Shown piece after piece: positions 26,880-38,322 of a DNA stretch of 64,000 bases. The stretch is from an uncultured SAR86 cluster bacterium (lineage in GTDB: Bacteria; Pseudomonadota; Gammaproteobacteria; Magnimaribacterales; D2472): contig CACOPA010000001.1 in assembly GCA_902628925.1 (NCBI GenBank), forward strand, positions 326,532 through 390,531. Direction: 5' to 3'. The position numbers and the translations under genes are program-made. Each line of letters begins with the position of its first letter. Positions within the stretch are counted from its first letter, which is position 1. A model generated the notes under the pieces. It was given only the letters and a program-made list of their open reading frames with translations, did not search any database and was not told the origin of the DNA.

Positions 26880-28001
26880 ATGATTATTGGCGCACTAAAA
26901 ACTACAAGTCCAACTGACAAAAGATCAGTTCTTCATCCAGAGACAATCTATAGCTTAGTTAATTTAGAAGGTGTGAAAGTTATATTTGAATCTGGTATTG
27001 GTCAAGGCATAAATGTGTCTGACAGTGAATTTCAAAAAAATAATTTAACTCCTGTATCTCGTCATAACTGCTTAAGTGAAGCAGATATTTTAATTGTTCC
27101 ATCGGCTTTATCGAGTGAGGAAGTTCAAGCACTAAAAAAGAATTCAATTGTCTTAGGCATGATTGATCCTTTCGGAAATAAAGAACATCTAAAAATGCTT
27201 GAAACTTCTGGACAAACAGCTGTAAGTATGGAGTTTATACCTCGAATAACCAGAGCACAAAAAATGGATGTTTTGAGCTCTCAAGCCAATCTTGCAGGCT
27301 ATTCTGCAGTCATAGAAGCTTCAAGCTTACTATCTTCAGCTTTACCAATGATGATGACAGCTGCTGGAACTTTAAAACCTGCAAAAGTCTTTGTAATAGG
27401 GGTTGGTGTGGCAGGCCTTCAAGCTATAGCTACGGCAAAGAGACTGGGCGCTAGAGTAGAGGCTTTTGATACACGTGATGTGGTTGAAGAGCAAGTGAAG
27501 TCATTAGGTGCTAAATTTGTAAAAATTGATCTAGGTGAGACAGGTGAAACAGACCAAGGCTATGCTAAGGAATTAACTGAAGAGCAGATAGCTAAGCAAA
27601 AAGAACTCCAATCCAAAGTATGCGAAAAGTCAGATATTGTAATTACTACTGCTCAGCTTTTTGGAAGACCTGCTCCTAAATTAATTGATCAATCTACGAT
27701 CAGTAAAATGAAACCAGGAAGTGTAATACTAGATATGGCAGTTGAAAGCGGCGGCAATGTAGAAGGATCCATAGTAGATCAAGTTGTTGAAAATAATGGC
27801 GTGAAAATTGTAGGTATATCCAACTTAGCTTCTAGGGTTGCCGGTCATGCTTCGGTAGCATTATCAAATAACATTATTAACTGGATAACAGAGTTTTTTG
27901 ATAAAGAATCTGTCTCGATAAATCTTGATTTTGAAGATGAGATTATTAAAAGCAGTGTTCTAGTTCACCAAGGTAAAATTAGGGACGAGAGGTTTAAATA
28001 A
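26880..28001 (+). CDS. pntAA: NAD(P) transhydrogenase alpha subunit, dI part
   Basis: Alanine-dehydrogenase-like fold with V.GVGVAGLQAIATAKRLGA.V..FD.R. Followed by the small membrane alpha-2 and beta subunits. Confidence 0.9.
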   Translation: MIIGALKTTSPTDKRSVLHPETIYSLVNLEGVKVIFESGIGQGINVSDSEFQKNNLTPVSRHNCLSEADILIVPSALSSEEVQALKKNSIVLGMIDPFGNKEHLKMLETSGQTAVSMEFIPRITRAQKMDVLSSQANLAGYSAVIEASSLLSSALPMMMTAAGTLKPAKVFVIGVGVAGLQAIATAKRLGARVEAFDTRDVVEEQVKSLGAKFVKIDLGETGETDQGYAKELTEEQIAKQKELQSKVCEKSDIVITTAQLFGRPAPKLIDQSTISKMKPGSVILDMAVESGGNVEGSIVDQVVENNGVKIVGISNLASRVAGHASVALSNNIINWITEFFDKESVSINLDFEDEIIKSSVLVHQGKIRDERFK

Positions 28002-28276
28002 TGGAAATATATATTTTGCTTGGATTTGTTTTACTGTTATCAATTTTTCTTGGCCTAGAGCTTATCTCAAAGGTCCCAAGCACTCTTCATACACCACTTA
28101 TGTCAGGTGCAAATGCTATTTCAGGTATAGCACTTGTGGGAGCTTTAATGTTAAGTGCTGAAGGTCAAATACAAAACGTTTTAGCATTCTTTGCAATATT
28201 ATTTGCATCCATAAATGTTTTTGGTGGCTATTTAGTAACTAATAGAATGCTGAGCATGTTTAAAAAGAAATCATAA
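28001..28276 (+). CDS. pntAB: NAD(P) transhydrogenase alpha subunit, membrane part 2
   Basis: A 91-aa protein with three hydrophobic helices, HTPLMSGANAISGI. TAATG overlap junctions on both sides. Confidence 0.85.
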   Translation: MEIYILLGFVLLLSIFLGLELISKVPSTLHTPLMSGANAISGIALVGALMLSAEGQIQNVLAFFAILFASINVFGGYLVTNRMLSMFKKKS

Positions 28277-29658
28277 TGAACACCTTGATAGACATTACCA
28301 TTTTTCAGAACCTCGTTTATATAGTTTCTTCTGTTCTATTTATTTTAGGTATAAAGATGCTCGGTAAAGAGTCGACTGCAGTTCGAGGTAATATACTTTC
28401 TTCAGTTGCCATGTTGTCAGCAGTTTCTGTAACACTTATCGACGTAGACATAGGTATCGCTATTATTATTTCAGCAATAATCTTGGGTGCCTTAATAGGC
28501 TCTGTGATTGCACTGAAAGTTAAGATGACTGCAATCCCAGAAATGGTAGCTTTATTCAATGGGTTTGGGGGAATGGCTTCCTTTCTAATAGCCTGGTCAC
28601 AATTTACTGACACGCAACCAGCGTTATTACAGAATCTTCTAATTATGATAACCATTTACATTGGGGGGATAACCTTCTCTGGATCAATTGTGGCTTATGG
28701 AAAATTATCAGAAAAAATTAACCTAGAGAAAGGGTCTTTGGTAACAAATATTTTAGTTACGTTCTTTTATCTTAGTATTCCTGCCTTATTAATTATGATG
28801 TTTGTTCCAGCTTTGAGCATAAATCCAAATTTTATTTTCTTGGGATTTTTAGTATTAACAGTATTGGCAGGACTTGGTTTTGTCATGCCCATTGGTGGCG
28901 GTGACATGCCAGTAGTAATCTCCTTACTGAATTCACTTTCTGGAATTGCTGCCGCATTTGCAGGTTTGCTATTACTAAATAATGTTTTGATAGTGGCAGG
29001 CTCCTTAGTTGGCGCCAGTGGTTTGATTTTGACCATTATCATGGCCAAGGCGATGAATAGAACAATTGGAAATATTTTATTTGTTGGCTATGCATCTGCT
29101 TCCTCATCTAAATCAGAGGGGGAGCAGGGAGAAGTCAAACCTATAAACGCGGAAGATGCTTATTTAATATTAGAAAATGCTTCTTCGGTGTTAGTGGTTC
29201 CAGGATATGGAATGGCGGTTGCTCAAGCGCAACACGTTGTTAGAGAGCTAGGAGAGCTCATGGAAGAAAATGGTACCGAAGTTAAATATGGAATTCATCC
29301 CGTTGCAGGAAGGATGCCTGGTCATATGAATGTCCTCCTTGCAGAAGCAAACGTTTCTTATGATCTACTTGTAGAGCCAGACGATGTGAATCCAACCATG
29401 GATACTTTTGATGTCGCAGTGGTCATTGGTGCCAATGACGTTGTTAATCCCTCAGCTACTGAAGAGCCAGGAAGCCCTATTTACGGAATGCCCATTATTG
29501 AAGTTCATAATGCTAAGACTGTTTTTGTGCTTAAAAGATCAATGTCATCTGGCTTTGCTGGAGTCCAAAACCCACTGTTTTTTAAAGAAAATACTAGGAT
29601 GCTATTTGGCGATGCAAAAGAGTCAATTGGCACAGTAGTTTCCGAGTTTAAAGACTAA
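28276..29658 (+). CDS. pntB: NAD(P) transhydrogenase beta subunit
   Basis: A polytopic N-terminal half plus a dIII NADP(H) domain: VPGYGMAVAQAQH, IHPVAGRMPGHMNVLLAEA, GANDVVNP. Confidence 0.9.
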   Translation: MNTLIDITIFQNLVYIVSSVLFILGIKMLGKESTAVRGNILSSVAMLSAVSVTLIDVDIGIAIIISAIILGALIGSVIALKVKMTAIPEMVALFNGFGGMASFLIAWSQFTDTQPALLQNLLIMITIYIGGITFSGSIVAYGKLSEKINLEKGSLVTNILVTFFYLSIPALLIMMFVPALSINPNFIFLGFLVLTVLAGLGFVMPIGGGDMPVVISLLNSLSGIAAAFAGLLLLNNVLIVAGSLVGASGLILTIIMAKAMNRTIGNILFVGYASASSSKSEGEQGEVKPINAEDAYLILENASSVLVVPGYGMAVAQAQHVVRELGELMEENGTEVKYGIHPVAGRMPGHMNVLLAEANVSYDLLVEPDDVNPTMDTFDVAVVIGANDVVNPSATEEPGSPIYGMPIIEVHNAKTVFVLKRSMSSGFAGVQNPLFFKENTRMLFGDAKESIGTVVSEFKD

Positions 29659-29686
29659 TTTTATCCCCCAAAATATGGTAAAATTT

Positions 29687-29705
29687 ATACCTTAAATTAA
29701 GGTAT
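29687..29705. terminator. Hairpin/palindrome ATACCTTAA-a-TTAAGGTAT between pntB and gyrA
   Basis: A perfect 19-bp palindrome 29 nt after the pntB stop. It has no clear T-run, so it could be a terminator or a protein-binding site. Confidence 0.35.
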
Positions 29706-29744
29706 TTAATAGATATTTAATCTGTCAAAAACCCAGAGAAATTT

Positions 29745-32282
29745 ATGTCAGATTTTGCCAAAGAAATACTCCCAATAAGCATTGAAGATGAGCTGAAACA
29801 ATCTTATCTGAGCTATGCAATGAGCGTAATTCATGGCAGAGCCCTGCCTGATGTCAGAGATGGCTTGAAACCTGTTCATCGTCGCATACTCTTTGCCATG
29901 CATGACCTAAAGAACTACTACAACAGACCCTACAAAAAATCTGCCAGAGTTGTTGGCGATGTGATTGGTAAATATCACCCTCATGGTGATAGTGCAGTCT
30001 ATGACGCCATGGTTAGAATGGCTCAAGATTTTTCTATGAGATACATGTTGGTAGAAGGACAAGGAAATTTTGGCTCAATTGACGGTGATCCACCTGCTGC
30101 AATGAGATATACCGAAGTACGGATGTCAAAAATCACTGATCAACTTTTGGCGGACATAGAAAAAGATACTGTCAACTTTTCACCTAACTATGATGGGTCA
30201 GAGCAAATTCCTGATGTCCTTCCAACCAGAGTTCCAACTCTATTAGTGAATGGCTCATCTGGTATTGCTGTTGGAATGGCAACTAATATACCTCCGCATA
30301 ATCTTACTGAGGTTGTTAATGGATCTCTTGCACTCCTAGAAAATCCAAAGACTAGTATTGATCAGCTGACGCAATCGATTTCAGGACCCGATTTTCCAAC
30401 AGGTGGAATTATTGATGGAAAGATGGGAATCTATGAAGCTTATAACACTGGCAGGGGAATTATTTATGTGAGGGCGAAAACTTCAGTTGAAGAAGATAAA
30501 TCAGGGAATCAATCACTGGTAATCAATGAAATACCATACATGGTTAACAAAGCTCGCATGCTAGAAAAGATTGCTGAACTCGTTAAGGATAAAAAGATTG
30601 ATGGCATAAGAGAAATTAGAGATGAGTCTGATAAAGATGGCCTCAGAGTTGTAATTGACGTTAAAAAGGGAGAATCAGTCGATGTCCTTGAGAATAATCT
30701 TTATGCCCAAACTCAATTGGAGCAATCATTTGGCATCAATTTTACTGTTCTTGTAAACGGACAACCAAAAGTTCTAAATTTAAAGGAAATCCTTCAGGAG
30801 TTTATTAAGCATAGAAAAGATGTCGTTACCAAAAGAACAAAATTTGAACTAAAGAAAGCCAAAGACAGAGGCCATATTGTAGAAGGCCTGATGGTAGCAA
30901 TTGCTAATATTGATTCAATCATTACTATCATTAAAAAATCTAAGGACCCAAAGATTGCTGCTGCCGAGTTAAGCAAAAAAACATGGAAAGCTGGTCCAAT
31001 TGAAGCCATTCTTAAGAAAGTAGGCAAAGATGCATGCAAGCCAAAGGGGCTTCCCGCTGACTTAGGCCTTAAGGGTAAAAATTACAAACTTTCACCCGAT
31101 CAAGCTAAATCAATTCTTGAGCTGAGGCTCGGGAGGTTAACCGGACTTGAGCAAGACAATTTATCATCTGAATTTAATGAATTAATTGAGAAGATTCAAA
31201 AATTACAAGAAATCCTAGATGACAATAATGTGCTTCAAGGAGTTGTTCGTGATGAGCTCAATGAAATCAAAGAAAGTTTTGGCGATGAAAGGAAAACAGA
31301 TGTTAACGATGCAAGACAAGATATATCAAATGAAGATCTGATTCCTGAAGAGACAAGAGTGTTAACTCTTTCAAGAAGTGGCTATGCTAAAACCCAGCCT
31401 CTTACTGAGTACAGGGAACAAAGAAGGGGAGGTATGGGCAAGGCTGCAGCTTCAGTGAAAGAGGAAGACCTTATTCAAAATCTATATGTGCTTAGCTCGC
31501 ACTCACAGTTATTATGCTTCACAACTCTAGGAAAAGTTTACTGGTTAAAGGTTTATGAAATTCCTGTTGCCAGTAGAACTTCAAAAGGTAGACCACTGGT
31601 AAATATGCTCAACCTTGATGATGATGAAACTGTTACTCAAATTTTACCGGTTGAAGATTTTGCTGAAGATAAGTATGTGTTTATGGCAACTAGAAACGGT
31701 ACAGTAAAAAAAACTTCTCTTAAGTTTTTTGCAAAGAAGTATAAATCAGGAATCAAAGCTATAAAGCTCGATGAGGGCGACAAACTAGTTGGGTCAGTAG
31801 TAACTGACGGTAATCAAGAAATTCTTTTAGCATCTCTCTCTGGGAAACTTATTCGATTTCATGAATCTAAAGTAAGACCGATGGGCAGAACTGCAAGAGG
31901 CGTTAGAGGCATGAGATTGCAGAAAGATATGAAAATTATTTCTCTAATGGTGGGAGATACAACAAAGACAATTTTATGTCTTTCAGAAAACGGGTACGGC
32001 AAGAAATCTAAGCTTGAAGATTTCACAATGCATAATCGAGGCGGTCAAGGTGTTATTGCTCTTAAAACTTCAGATAGAAATGGCTTAATGGTATCTGCGT
32101 CTTCAGTCGATGAAGAAGATGGAATAATGCTTATTAGCGACAAAGGCACAATGATTCGAACAAGCGTTGGGCAAATACCTACGCTTGGAAGAAATACTCA
32201 AGGTGTCAAAGTTATTACTCCCAAAGAAGGTGAAAAACTTATCGAGGGGGTGCGAATACCTCCTGATGAAGAAGAAGACTAG
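29745..32282 (+). CDS. gyrA: DNA gyrase subunit A
   Basis: Contains [16 protein letters not shown], the QRDR sequence [17 protein letters not shown], the active-site segment AAMRYTE, and a C-terminal beta-pinwheel with an acidic tail. Confidence 0.97.
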   Translation: MSDFAKEILPISIEDELKQSYLSYAMSVIHGRALPDVRDGLKPVHRRILFAMHDLKNYYNRPYKKSARVVGDVIGKYHPHGDSAVYDAMVRMAQDFSMRYMLVEGQGNFGSIDGDPPAAMRYTEVRMSKITDQLLADIEKDTVNFSPNYDGSEQIPDVLPTRVPTLLVNGSSGIAVGMATNIPPHNLTEVVNGSLALLENPKTSIDQLTQSISGPDFPTGGIIDGKMGIYEAYNTGRGIIYVRAKTSVEEDKSGNQSLVINEIPYMVNKARMLEKIAELVKDKKIDGIREIRDESDKDGLRVVIDVKKGESVDVLENNLYAQTQLEQSFGINFTVLVNGQPKVLNLKEILQEFIKHRKDVVTKRTKFELKKAKDRGHIVEGLMVAIANIDSIITIIKKSKDPKIAAAELSKKTWKAGPIEAILKKVGKDACKPKGLPADLGLKGKNYKLSPDQAKSILELRLGRLTGLEQDNLSSEFNELIEKIQKLQEILDDNNVLQGVVRDELNEIKESFGDERKTDVNDARQDISNEDLIPEETRVLTLSRSGYAKTQPLTEYREQRRGGMGKAAASVKEEDLIQNLYVLSSHSQLLCFTTLGKVYWLKVYEIPVASRTSKGRPLVNMLNLDDDETVTQILPVEDFAEDKYVFMATRNGTVKKTSLKFFAKKYKSGIKAIKLDEGDKLVGSVVTDGNQEILLASLSGKLIRFHESKVRPMGRTARGVRGMRLQKDMKIISLMVGDTTKTILCLSENGYGKKSKLEDFTMHNRGGQGVIALKTSDRNGLMVSASSVDEEDGIMLISDKGTMIRTSVGQIPTLGRNTQGVKVITPKEGEKLIEGVRIPPDEEED

Positions 32283-32285
32283 CCA

Positions 32286-33359
32286 ATGAGAAAATGGAAT
32301 TTCTCAGCTGGGCCCGCGATCATTCCTGAATCTGTTCTTAAGGAAACACAGTCAGAGCTTTTAGAATTCAAATCCTCCGGTATGTCTGTGATGGAGATGA
32401 GTCATAGATCCAAAGATTATGGTGAGATCGCCAATGCTGCTAGAGATGATTTAATCGAACTTTTAGACGTTCCTGAATCTCATGATGTTTTATTTCTTCA
32501 GGGCGGCGCTACTCTTCAATTTGGCTTAATTCCAATGAACTTTGCCCACATTGGTATTCCTGAATATTTAGAGACTGGAACTTGGTCCACAAAGGCTATT
32601 AAAGAATGTTCTAAAGTATGTGATCTAAACATTTGTGCTTCCTCTGAGGAATCTAATTTTACTAATGTACCAGAACTTATAGACTGGAAATTAAGATCAT
32701 CAAATGGCTATTTTCATTATGTAGCCAATGAAACGATCCAAGGCAATGCAATTCATGATGTTCCATCAGTTGAGAACCCCATCATTGCAGATATGTCATC
32801 TGTTATTCTTGCAGAACCAATAGACGTCTCAAAGTTTTCAATGATTTATGCGGGTGCTCAAAAGAACATTGGCCCAGCAGGTTTAACCATAGCAATTATT
32901 AGCAAAGATTTTTTGTCATCATGCAATAAAGATCTTCCAAATATCATGAATTACGATAAACACGCTCAATCAGGTTCAATGCTGAATACTCCGCCAACAT
33001 TTGCATGGTACATGGCAGGTAAAGTTTTTAAATGGCTTAAATCTTTAGGCGGTCTTGAGGCAGTAAAAGAGAGTAATTATTTAAAAGCGTCAACACTGTA
33101 TGACTACATTGATAGGAGTGATTTCTACAGCAACCCAGTTGCCAAAAAAAATAGATCAATTATGAACATTCCCTTTATTCTAAAAAGCCCTGATCTAGAT
33201 GGCGCATTTCTAAACGAAGCCGAAAGTGAAAATCTCCTAAATTTAAAAGGGCATAGATCAGTTGGAGGAATGAGAGCTAGCATCTATAATGCCATGCCTC
33301 AGGAGGCAATAGATGATTTAATAGCCTTTATGGAGGCTTTTGAATCAAAATATGGGTAA
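32286..33359 (+). CDS. serC: 3-phosphoserine / phosphohydroxythreonine aminotransferase
   Basis: Contains NFSAGPA..PE.VL, QGGA..QF, YAGAQKN.GPAG, HRS.GG.RAS.YNAMP. Confidence 0.92.
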   Translation: MRKWNFSAGPAIIPESVLKETQSELLEFKSSGMSVMEMSHRSKDYGEIANAARDDLIELLDVPESHDVLFLQGGATLQFGLIPMNFAHIGIPEYLETGTWSTKAIKECSKVCDLNICASSEESNFTNVPELIDWKLRSSNGYFHYVANETIQGNAIHDVPSVENPIIADMSSVILAEPIDVSKFSMIYAGAQKNIGPAGLTIAIISKDFLSSCNKDLPNIMNYDKHAQSGSMLNTPPTFAWYMAGKVFKWLKSLGGLEAVKESNYLKASTLYDYIDRSDFYSNPVAKKNRSIMNIPFILKSPDLDGAFLNEAESENLLNLKGHRSVGGMRASIYNAMPQEAIDDLIAFMEAFESKYG

Positions 33360-34444
33360 TGGTGACAAAGACAAAAATTGAACAAGTCAGAATAGAAATT
33401 GACAAAATAGATGACAAAATTCTTGAGCTTATTCAAAAAAGGGGGGTTCATGCTAAAGAGATTGGAAGTCTAAAGTCTCAACTTTCAGTAAAGTCTAGCT
33501 TTTATAAGCCTGATAGAGAGGCCCAAATATTGAGAAGGCTTATTGAAAAAAACTCTGGTTTGATCTCTGATAAAAAAGTTAAGTCTATATTTAAAGAACT
33601 TATTTCTGCTTGTCTATCTTTAGAAGAGTCCTTACAGATAGCTTTTTTGGGTCCTTTAGGTACTCATTCTGAGGCCGCAGTTAAGAAACACTTTGGATCA
33701 TCCATAAATCTTGATCCACGATCAACAATTGATGATGTTTTTTACCAAGTAAATAATGGAGCTTCACAGTTTGGAATGGTGCCTTTTGAGAATTCATCTG
33801 AAGGGGTGGTAAATGCAACATTAAATTGTCTAGTTGATGAAAAGTTATTGATTTGTGGTGAAACATATTTGGATGTTGAGCATAACTTAGCTGGCAGGGC
33901 AACTTCAAAAATTAGTACAGCAAAAGTAATAGCTTCTCATCCTCAAGCGCTTGGTCAATGCAGTAAGTGGTTAGAAAATAATTTACCCAATATAAAAAGG
34001 AAGCTAACTTCCAGCACAGCAAAAGCTGCAGAATTAGCTAAATCAAATAAAGATACTTTGTGTATTGTTGGAAGTCTGGCTGTTGAGAAATATAAGCTGA
34101 AAACGCATGCCCAAAACATAGAAAATCATTCAGATAACAGAACCAGGTTTCTTATAGTCGGCAATCAAAAAATCTCTAAAACAGGAAAAGACAAAACATC
34201 TTTGTTAATCCAAACAAATAATAAACCTGGAGCATTGGTTAAATTGCTTAAACCATTTGAAGAAAAGAAAATTAATCTTTTTAGAGTTGAAACCCGTCCC
34301 TCGAGATTAACTCGAGACTCCCATAATTTCTTTATTGATTCTGCTGGACACCAATCCGACAGTAAACTACAAAAAGTGATTTCAACGATAAGAAGTGATG
34401 GAGCCTTTGTAAGGATTTTAGGCTCTTATCCAGATGAATCATGA
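33359..34444 (+). CDS. pheA: Bifunctional chorismate mutase / prephenate dehydratase (P-protein)
   Basis: Has an N-terminal CM helix (R.EID.ID..IL.L...R), a PDT domain (AFLGP.GT.SE.A, PFENS.EG.V), TRF and an ACT domain. Confidence 0.9.
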   Translation: MVTKTKIEQVRIEIDKIDDKILELIQKRGVHAKEIGSLKSQLSVKSSFYKPDREAQILRRLIEKNSGLISDKKVKSIFKELISACLSLEESLQIAFLGPLGTHSEAAVKKHFGSSINLDPRSTIDDVFYQVNNGASQFGMVPFENSSEGVVNATLNCLVDEKLLICGETYLDVEHNLAGRATSKISTAKVIASHPQALGQCSKWLENNLPNIKRKLTSSTAKAAELAKSNKDTLCIVGSLAVEKYKLKTHAQNIENHSDNRTRFLIVGNQKISKTGKDKTSLLIQTNNKPGALVKLLKPFEEKKINLFRVETRPSRLTRDSHNFFIDSAGHQSDSKLQKVISTIRSDGAFVRILGSYPDES

Positions 34445-35538
34445 GTAATGATATTTTTTCTAGATTGAATCCTGGAATTTCTGATCTTGCTCCTTATGAA
34501 CCAGGCAAACCTATCGATGATGTCGCTAGAGAATATGGGATTAGCAACATTATCAAGCTTGCGTCCAATGAAAATCCTTTGGGCGCATCACCTAAAGCAT
34601 TAAGAAGCATAGCTGACCTAGATGATAGCCTTCATTTATATCCAGATGGTAATTGCACCGAACTCAAGAATGCAATTGCTCATCATGAAAAAGTTGCAAA
34701 AGAATCTGTAATCCTTGGGAATGGGTCCAACGAAGTATTGGAATTGATTGCAAGAGCTTGGCTTAACCCAAGCAGAAACGCCATTACTTCAAGGCATGCT
34801 TTCGCAGTCTATAAGATAGTTACACAAGCTGCTGGAGCAAAGCTAATCGAGGTTGAAGCAAAAAATTGGAAATTCAACCTTGAAGCTTTTCACAACTACT
34901 TTAATGAAGAAACCGCAGTAATATTCATAGCGAATCCAAATAATCCAACAGGTACATATAACACCCACAAAGAAATTGAAGATTTTCTTTCGAATGTACC
35001 CTCAAATATATTGGTTGTATTGGATTGTGCATACTATGAATATGTTCAAGAAAATGACTATGTAGATGTAAATCAGTTATTAGATAAGTACGAAAACTTA
35101 ATTGTGACAAAATCATTTTCAAAAATTCAAGGTCTTGCAGCAATAAGGCTTGGCTATGGATTAGCTAATGCATCTTTAATTGAGAGCTTAAACAGAATCA
35201 GACAACCTTTTAATATTAATTCTTATGCACAGAAGTTAGCTATAAGTGCTATTCATGATAAGGAGCACATTCAAAAGAGCATAGATTTAAATCAAGAAGG
35301 GCTAAAGTACCTATCCGCAGAGCTTTCAAAATTAAAGCTTACAACTATACCATCCGTTGGAAATTTTATTTCTTTTCATGGACAGTTTGATGGGAAAGAA
35401 CTATTTGAGTCTCTTTTAAGAAGGGGAATTATTGTTAGACAAATTGATTTATATGACATGCCTGATTTCATAAGGGTGACGGTTGGTACCATGGAACAAA
35501 ATCAAATATTTATCAGTACTCTCAAAAAATTATTATGA
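34441..35538 (+). CDS. hisC: Histidinol-phosphate / aromatic aminotransferase
   Basis: Contains KLASNENPLG, YPD, NPNNPTG, the PLP-Lys region SFSK..GLA..R.GY, and R.PFN. Confidence 0.88.
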   Translation: MSNDIFSRLNPGISDLAPYEPGKPIDDVAREYGISNIIKLASNENPLGASPKALRSIADLDDSLHLYPDGNCTELKNAIAHHEKVAKESVILGNGSNEVLELIARAWLNPSRNAITSRHAFAVYKIVTQAAGAKLIEVEAKNWKFNLEAFHNYFNEETAVIFIANPNNPTGTYNTHKEIEDFLSNVPSNILVVLDCAYYEYVQENDYVDVNQLLDKYENLIVTKSFSKIQGLAAIRLGYGLANASLIESLNRIRQPFNINSYAQKLAISAIHDKEHIQKSIDLNQEGLKYLSAELSKLKLTTIPSVGNFISFHGQFDGKELFESLLRRGIIVRQIDLYDMPDFIRVTVGTMEQNQIFISTLKKLL

Positions 35539-36344
35539 ATAATATTGTTATTTGTGGGATTGGCCTAATTGGTGGTTCAATTGCGAAAGGTCTCTCTAAG
35601 GACAATTTCAATGTATATGTAATTGATTCAAATCATGAGTCTAAAAATAATGCTATTAAAAATAAGCATGCCCAAGAGGTCATGCATTCAGTTGAAGAAA
35701 CAAAAAAATTAGAAGATGCTATTTTTATTTTTGCTACTCCGCCCAAAACAACACTTGAAATTTTAAAAAAAAATGAATGGTTGCTTGGTTCAAAGCTTTC
35801 TATCACTGACGTAACTAGCGTAAAAACCGAGCTTGTAGAATATTTAAAAGGTTTCGATGCTAAGAATTTTATTCTCTCTCATCCAATTTCTGGATCTCAT
35901 CTAAGTGGATTTGACAATGCAAGTGAAAATCTTTTTGCTGGTAAGACAACTATTATCTCTTCACTTGGCTCATCAAAATTTCATTTAGACAGAATTCAAA
36001 ATCTTTGGAAATCTCTAAACTCAAATGTAATTGAATTAGATTATGAAAACCATGACAAAATATTTTCATTAACAAGTCATCTACCTCATTTTGTTGCCTA
36101 CAGTCTGATGAAAGTTCTTTATGATAATAATATAGATGTAAATACATATGCTGGAGGGGGCCTGAAAGAATTTATACGCTTGTCTCAATCCTCAACTGAA
36201 ATGTGGGGAGATATTTTTCAGTCTAATGCATACCTAAACAAACATATCGATGAGTTGGTTGAAAAGTTAATTGAGTTAAAAGAGTTATCAAGCTCAAAAG
36301 ATAGCTCTGCGCTTAAAGAATATTTAAATCAATTTAAACAATAA
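35535..36344 (+). CDS. tyrA: Prephenate/arogenate dehydrogenase
   Basis: Rossmann fold I.GIGLIGGS, DV.SVK, SHPI.G and HD...S..SHLPH. It is a separate gene here, not fused to aroA. Confidence 0.8.
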   Translation: MNNIVICGIGLIGGSIAKGLSKDNFNVYVIDSNHESKNNAIKNKHAQEVMHSVEETKKLEDAIFIFATPPKTTLEILKKNEWLLGSKLSITDVTSVKTELVEYLKGFDAKNFILSHPISGSHLSGFDNASENLFAGKTTIISSLGSSKFHLDRIQNLWKSLNSNVIELDYENHDKIFSLTSHLPHFVAYSLMKVLYDNNIDVNTYAGGGLKEFIRLSQSSTEMWGDIFQSNAYLNKHIDELVEKLIELKELSSSKDSSALKEYLNQFKQ

Positions 36345-36351
36345 TTCACTC

Positions 36352-37668
36352 ATGAGATTGATAGCCAAACCATGCAATAAAGTTTCTGGCGAGGTTTTAT
36401 GTCCCGGAGACAAATCGATATCGCAAAGAATTGTAATGCTTGGCTCATTGCTGGATCATGATTTGACGGTAGAAAACTTTTTAAGCGCAGCAGATCCCAT
36501 TTCTACAATGTCAGCATTAGAAAGAGTGGGATTTAAATATCAATACCTAAATGACTTAGATACTGTAAAAATCTTAAACTCAAAAAAAAGAGTAAGTGAT
36601 CCTGATTCTTCTTTGGACCTCGGAAATTCTGGAACAGGCTTGCGTTTAATGCTGGGATTCTTGGGAGGCTTAAATATAAAAGCTAACTATATAGGAGATA
36701 ATTCACTCTCAGCGCGTCCTATGGCTAGGGTCTTAGACCCACTCAGCCAAATGGGAATTAAATACAACAGTAATGCAGGAAAACTGCCAATTAATTATAT
36801 AAATTCAACTCCTATTAAAAGTTTTAGCTATAAACTTCCTGTTGCGAGCGCACAGGTTAAATCATCAATTCTTTTAGCAGGCTTATGCTCTGGAGCTAAG
36901 ATCGAGATAATCGAGCCAACTGCTACCAGAGACCACACTGAAAGAATGCTTGAGTTTTTGGGTGCAAAAATTGAAGTTGATGATAGTGTTGAAGGTAGGA
37001 AGATAAAGTTATCAGGACAATTAGATAGTGAAGTTACTTATTATGATGTGCCTGGTGATTTTTCTTCAGCAGCTTTTTTAATTATTTCTGCGTTAATAAC
37101 AAAGGATTCAGATTTGCTCATTAAAAATGTTGGCATCAATAAAACACGATCTGGATTGTTAGATGTATTGCTTGAAATGGGTGCTGATATAAAGCTTATT
37201 AATCACCAAAACATCATGAACGAGCCTAGGGCAGACATAAGGGTAAAAAGCTCAGAGTTACATGGAATAAATATAGGAGGCAGTATTATTGCCAACCTGA
37301 TTGATGAAATACCTATACTTTGTATCGCTGCCTCTTTTGCCTCTGGCCAAACTAAAATCGTGGGTGCTGAGGAACTCCGTGTAAAAGAGTCAGATAGATT
37401 AAATGCAGTTGCACGAGGACTCGAAAGGCTTGAAATTAATTTTGTTGAACTTGATGATGGGATAATTATTGATGGAGGCAATAACGTGAACGTTAAAAAT
37501 ATTAATATTAATTCATATCATGATCACAGAATAGCAATGTGTTTTTTAATCGCCTCTTTGAGATCAACTGAAGCTATAACTGTTGATGATTGTTCTAACA
37601 TTGAAACTTCATTCCCCTCATTCATGCACGTTATGAATCGGATAGGATTAAACATTCATGAAGCTTGA
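36352..37668 (+). CDS. aroA: 3-phosphoshikimate 1-carboxyvinyltransferase (EPSP synthase)
   Basis: Contains PGDKSISQR, LGNSGTGLRL, ARPM.R...PL, LRVKESDR and DHR.AM. Confidence 0.93.
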   Translation: MRLIAKPCNKVSGEVLCPGDKSISQRIVMLGSLLDHDLTVENFLSAADPISTMSALERVGFKYQYLNDLDTVKILNSKKRVSDPDSSLDLGNSGTGLRLMLGFLGGLNIKANYIGDNSLSARPMARVLDPLSQMGIKYNSNAGKLPINYINSTPIKSFSYKLPVASAQVKSSILLAGLCSGAKIEIIEPTATRDHTERMLEFLGAKIEVDDSVEGRKIKLSGQLDSEVTYYDVPGDFSSAAFLIISALITKDSDLLIKNVGINKTRSGLLDVLLEMGADIKLINHQNIMNEPRADIRVKSSELHGINIGGSIIANLIDEIPILCIAASFASGQTKIVGAEELRVKESDRLNAVARGLERLEINFVELDDGIIIDGGNNVNVKNININSYHDHRIAMCFLIASLRSTEAITVDDCSNIETSFPSFMHVMNRIGLNIHEA

Positions 37669-38305
37669 TAAGAAAATTATCACTATTGACGGGCCTTCCG
37701 CATCAGGTAAAGGAGTTCTGTCTTCCTCATTAGCAAATCATTTAAATTTTTCTCTTTTAGACAGTGGATTACTTTATCGGGCTTACGCTTATTGTTATGA
37801 ATCATCTCTTGATCATGATTTAGCATTGAAAAGCTTCGAATCTATCAATTTTGTTAATGCATCAAATAAGTACTCTGCAAACCACAATGGAAATGAAATT
37901 ACAAAACAATTAAGAAGCGAAAGTATGGCAAAAATTGCCTCTAAAATTAGCATGATGCCAGAGACTCGAAAAAATTTAATTTCAATCCAGAGATCCTTTA
38001 AGAATGATAATGGTCTTATCGCTGATGGCAGGGATATGGGCACGGTTGTATTCCCGGAGGCGGCATACAAGATTTTTTTAACAGCAGACTCTGAGACTCG
38101 AGCTAAAAGAAGGTTTCTAGAGTTGCAGAAAAAGGGACAAGAAGTTAATATGCGCGATCTGGTTGAGGATATTGAAGCGCGAGATAAAGCTGATATGGAA
38201 AGATCTTTGTCACCCTTAATTCCCGCATCAGATGCATCAATTATTGATACATCTAATTTAAATCCTGATCAGGTATTATCTAGGGCTATTAAATTAGTCT
38301 GTTAA
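37658..38305 (+). CDS. cmk: Cytidylate kinase
   Basis: Contains [34 protein letters not shown]....RA.RR. Confidence 0.9.
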   Translation: MKLDKKIITIDGPSASGKGVLSSSLANHLNFSLLDSGLLYRAYAYCYESSLDHDLALKSFESINFVNASNKYSANHNGNEITKQLRSESMAKIASKISMMPETRKNLISIQRSFKNDNGLIADGRDMGTVVFPEAAYKIFLTADSETRAKRRFLELQKKGQEVNMRDLVEDIEARDKADMERSLSPLIPASDASIIDTSNLNPDQVLSRAIKLVC

Positions 38306-38322
38306 AAGGAAGTAAAAATTAT